NCBI GenBank assembly: GCA_977016875.1
Contig: CDRNST010000239.1
Location: 2,170,001 to 2,234,000, forward strand
Origin: Pavona decussata
Taxonomy: Eukaryota
DNA: 64,000 nucleotides
Direction of reading: 5' to 3'
Part shown: positions 59,113 through 64,000 of the stretch, one piece after another
Layout of the letters: every line of letters begins with the position of its first letter
Position numbering within the stretch: position 1 is the first letter of the stretch
Position numbers and translations under genes: made by a program
Notes under the pieces: generated by a model
What the model saw: the letters and a program-made list of their open reading frames with translations, nothing else
What the model was told of the DNA's origin: nothing
Database searches by the model: none

Positions 59113-62100
59113 AAACATGTTGTTTTGCTCCAGAAAGTGCATTTTTCTTGGTATAAAATTATTTCAGTTTTCAATTGAGAAACGTTTGTATTCTATGTGA
59201 AAGAAAGAGCTTCTTGCTCCAAGGTATTAAAGTCAAATTCTAAGTATTTGGAATTTGTTGGTACTTATTTCAGTCGAGAAAATTTAATAAGTCTTTGCTT
59301 TTGAAATGGCTTAAAGACAAAATAAAAGGAAAACGCGCTTTTAAAGGGTGCTTGAAAACTAGTAATTTGTATGCTATTTTTTTTTAATATTTTGTCTATG
59401 ATTGATTGCCTTTACAAAGAAAAAAAGTGCTGTGCTTTTGATGTGGGTATTCTAGTACTTAGTCAAAAAAATTCTAAGTCTTTTGGCGGGAAAAATCTGT
59501 GCAGGTTTAAGCCGGATTTTGCCCTTCAAAAGTCAAGATATTTTTTTGATTTTGTGCTAGACGGCCGCCTTAAAAGTGCAGGAATTTTTTTCTTCTGGGC
59601 AACCTCTCCTAGGCAAAAAAAATTAAAAGAGATAGCCTACAAAATGGCTAGTTACCAGGCCCCTTTTAAAAGCCCGGGTTTTTTTTTCATTTATTGTAAA
59701 TGAACACAAGACAAATAAAGAAGAACAATAAAATAATTAAGTTTTAAATTCTTTATTGACTAATTGATGTAAATTACAAGTTATTGTTAACTAGTTAAGT
59801 AGTGATAATAAAAGTAAATATTAAACTATTTTTGTTGACAACATTGTGAAACGAATTACTGAAGTCAACAACGAAAAATTAAAACTAAGTTTGTTTGGAA
59901 AATGAAAGCTTCAAGGAAAACATTAACTGCAGCTCAGCGCTAAGTTTTTTTTGGAGAATGAAAACTTCAGCAATAGATAAACGATCTTTAAAATACAATA
60001 CTGACCGAGGTCCTGAAGTTTTTTCAAACTAAGATTTCCTTTGAAACATTCGGTAAATTTGTTTGGCAAATCGAAGCAGTCGATCAGTTGTTTTCAAGAG
60101 TACTGAGAAATATGGTGTGAATTGCGTTTGTGTGGAAATCAAATGTAAACATTTTTAGTTTTAAATTGAAAAGACTGATATAACAATTTTCCAGGGAGTT
60201 TTTTGGTAAAATGTTTAGCCAAATCAAATGTGTACAAAGACTTTGATTTCCAGACAAACGCTACATTCGAGCCATGAAAATGACTGACTAGAAAAAGATC
60301 TACGAATTGACGAAACCGAAGAAAATGATAAGTGCACGATACAAGCTAACATTTTCCTACTGACAATATTTTGATACGCCTTCAAAACTATACTTTTCGT
60401 TGAAGTGCTTAAACTGTTAAGAAAGTTTAGATTCGAAAAAATTCTAGGATTTCAAGGAACTGAATTTCAATCATGTCCTAGAATAATATTTTCCACTTAA
60501 AATGATAAAGTTCTGTGTTTTGAGTAAAATTTTGCACCTTCGACTTAGAGAGGATTCCAGTTAGAGAAATGAATTTTCACCAAAATTAAAGACGTTTTCA
60601 AGAAACAAGGAATTCTCTAGCTGCTGTACAAGTGGGAGATTTTGTATCGCGCACTTATGAGTGATCGCGAATACCTATCGTTCGAGTACTGAATCGACAC
60701 TGTAAAAAAGAAGTTCCAATCTAAAAGTAATGGCACTTTTTGAACCGTAACGTAAACAAGTCAAACGTGTCTTCATCCAATTTATATGCAATCAAAACTT
60801 GTTACCAGCCAGGTAAATTAAAATCTAAAATACCATGCGGTGTTTTAAGTGGAAATTTAGTTAAAAACAGATTCAGTTTGTTTTTTGAATTTTGTTATTA
60901 AAACTTTAACGTCCATTTCGCAGCTTGAGGGTTTTGTCCTTCGTTTCAAAATGGAACTTCATGTTTAGCACCGATCGAGCTGAATCCTAAAATTAAATTT
61001 TCTACCTCAAACGCGTCCAGAAAATTCCGATGTTCATTCTCGCTTGTGTTCAGTTGTAACCTTGAGTTCTTCCCATGCTTACTAGCGCTTTCTTCTTGCT
61101 CCTTGCCTTGTGTTTAATCCAACTTGAGGTTAACAACTGAAAAACAAGAAAACCGACATTAATTATTCACAAGTTGCAACATAAACAGCCTTCTTACATT
61201 TCGTTTGATATCAGTTGAGAAATTTAACGGTAAATCAAGACAATGTTCGATTTATCGTTCGGTTTAAAATTTTCGCTTAATGTTTGGGAACGCACCTTTC
61301 CACAGATTAAGTCTATTTTATATTAAACTCCATGCTTGTTTCTTTATTCAAATGTTTCAGAAAGACAACAACCGTCATGAACAAAAGCGTATGACATCTT
61401 GAATTATTTGTTTTGCACACGGTGAAAGTCATCAGCTACAACAATTTTACAAAAAAAAAAAAATAATAAATAAATATTGGCAATCAGTCTTTTTTCAGAG
61501 AAATTGTCATAAACCCAATCAATTTTTGCTCCATCAAAAAGGTAAACGAAACAGCGATTCTTGAGCTCTACGAAAATAAGTCGCAAAACAACCTTCGCAA
61601 ATTCTCGATAATTTTTTGTCACTGCATGTTGTTGTCTTTAAAATTGCTTGTTATTATGCACAATTTGCACGCATCTGACACTGCACGGACTAATTTTAAA
61701 ATAATACATGACTGATCAAAGATAACAGATTCATTGAAAACAATAGGACCCAAAACCTATTTTTAGCGAATTTTCACCCTTATTTTTCATGCAAAGCCTT
61801 GATGGTCTTATGGTTAAGCACACGCCTTGAATTAGAGAACGACGGCCTTACATCTGCCGTCGTTTAATTTAAGTTGCTTCCAGGGGCTTGGAGTTCAAGC
61901 CCCGCTGCAGCCGACCAATTTTGTATTTATTTTCTCAAATCATAAATCGTTTTATTTTTCTAAAAATAATTGTCTTGTTTGTTTCGTTTTTGTTTCGTTT
62001 TTTGAATGATTTTTTTTTTGTGCTTTTTGAGCATATTTATAAAAAAAAAAGCTGCAATCCTGGTGAAGGTACTTTTACGTTAAAAAACTAACATTAAATT

Positions 62101-62604
62101 TTAGGGCATTTGTAAGAGACCAATCGCGCAGTAAAATTTATCCATTTTTCTCGTTAGAGAGATAATTCGGCTCTGCTGAAACTTATGTTTCATTTTCTTC
62201 TTTGCCTAGGATAAATTCAAGACACATAAAACAGGCACTAGATAAATAAAACCAGTTGCGCGCACTGAATTAGCGTGAAGATTTTTGGACGAATTTCAAC
62301 TTCGAAATCGTAAGATGGCGAGTCTTCTTCATGCTACGAACATCAATAAAACTGAACGGACCGGTTACAACAGGTGCTATGAATTTGAATGCACATCTAA
62401 GTTTAACGATACTGCTAATGATCTTCTCAACCAAAAACTGTTCGCGACTACAACTGGAAAAAAATCAACCAAACCAATTAAGAAGTCTAGAATATTTGTT
62501 AATTATAAAAAAATTGTCCACATCAGTTCATTGCACTATTTTGCTGTGTGATTGCACTACAGTGACCTATATGTGACCTATGTTCATCTCTGTGGGCGAA
62601 CCAG

Positions 62605-62843
62605 GGGCCCGTTTCTCGAAAGTCCCGGTAACTTACCGGGCCCGATAAGTATATTTTGATATGTTTTTTCGCCGATTATACAGTGATTACAGACATGGTA
62701 CTTGGCCAATGTTATCATAGAATTATAAGATTTTAAAATTTAGTATTGTAAGCTAACAAGAATTGACTTCTGCTAAAAAACGTTTATCACCAAAATCAGT
62801 TATCGGGCCTGGTAAGTTACTGGGACTTTCCAGAAACAGACCC
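62605..62843. mobile_element. PIF/Harbinger-like MITE (CAG TSD)
   Basis: CAG|GGGCCCGTTTCTCGAAAGTCCCGGTAACTTACCGGGCCCGATAA ... TTATCGGGCCTGGTAAGTTACTGGGACTTTCCAGAAACAGACCC|CAG. Confidence 0.8.
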
Positions 62844-64000
62844 CAGGATTGCTAAAAATTGTTTACAAACTTCTGCCTGTTAAAATTCGATTATTCCCGA
62901 AAACCTCACAAAATATGTTATTTTTTTTTTTGTTCTAAGAAACATTATCTTGTTGCCAATTATTTTTGCTTTGGGCACACCTTTCAATGACAAAAAAGCC
63001 TAAAAAAGCTAGCCAATTGACAGTAAGTTGAAATATGCTTTTTGGTCGTTAATTAAGATTAATATGTCTCAATATGACAGTACTATCTCGGTCTTTGTCA
63101 AAAGCTTGCCAAATTAATTAGACAGAATATTCTGACAGTGATTTTAAAAATTTTCTACCGTCACTGAAATATTTAGAGGTCATTACATTAGCATTTAAAA
63201 CGCATTATTTGTCAAGAAAAATTCACCAAAAATGCCTGACGCGAGATAATCATGCTCCTTTTGTCTTCTATTTACCCTATTTGCCGAAGTGGTGGAGGGG
63301 GAAGGGGGGAGTGGGTTTAAAAATTGCCCAAGCTGAATTAAAATATTCATAACTTTTTAACCGACTACCAAACGCTTTGACTTTTTCCAAACTTTATCTG
63401 GCAATAATTTGATAATATAACTGATTGGTCAAGTCAATTGATTTTCCAAGATTTTGACAGCCTGTTTTCTATAATTTGAACTTTTTGACCTCTTATGAGA
63501 AATTTTAAGTTTATTCTCGTCACCTTTACTTTGTTACACCATTGGTTCGTCTTTTATTGATTTTGGTAAATTTTGAACCAATTTGCTTTTCTGTTCTGGA
63601 GATATCAAGAGATCCAAGATGGCGCCTATGCAGAACAAATGATTTGATTCTCATGGGATTTGACGTCATCGATCCACTTTGTGGACCTCCGAAAGGAAAA
63701 CAAATATTTTTTTTAAATAATTAAGTTGATGAGGTAATTTGTGCATTTTAAAGAAGAAAACAGTTTGGGCCGTATTATAGACCCCCATTCTTAAAGGTCT
63801 TGAAAAGTTAACAAGCAGGAACACCTGCTCCCTTCCCTCTCCTCCCCCACTGACTCAGGCTGAAAAGCATTAAAACCATGCTTGAAACAGACGAACTTTC
63901 AACCCTACCCTAATTAGAAATGAAGCTGTTTGCATTATCATCAAATAAGAGAAAATCTTCCAAACAGTTTCCTCTGATTACATAACACACTTATTCGTAA

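Noticed and set aside
61083-61137. Isolated minus-strand exon-like segment (CAG...GTAAG)
   Set aside because: A single 54-nt candidate with no partner exons or recognisable product.

Overview
AT-rich, intron-rich animal genomic DNA with two assembly gaps. The repeat complement and gene content look like a scleractinian coral (inference only). Four protein-coding genes were reconstructed by hand from GT-AG boundaries and paralog comparison. (1) The 3' half (10 exons, 2150-13204) of a STRA6-like membrane receptor. (2) A complete tandem STRA6-like paralog (19 coding exons, 15933-32008, ~738 aa). (3,4) Two two-exon secreted GH18 chitinases in convergent orientation (35342-37333 +, 45929-41354 -), with intact DxxDxDxE motifs and an unusual short 6-Cys C-terminal module. 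A decayed four-exon gene fragment lies at 51816-53403. The rest is mobile and repetitive DNA: LINE remnants (one 5'-inverted), tRNA-type SINEs, many nested MITEs, 25-, 74- and ~106-bp tandem repeats, microsatellites, and a ~425-bp hairpin carrying a hammerhead-like Penelope-type motif. No rRNA, bona fide tRNA or CRISPR array is supported. The best novelty leads are the invertebrate STRA6-like pair (unknown ligand, N-terminal extension, a lost splice acceptor), the chitinase C-terminal module and conversion pattern, and the hairpin/ribozyme-like element.
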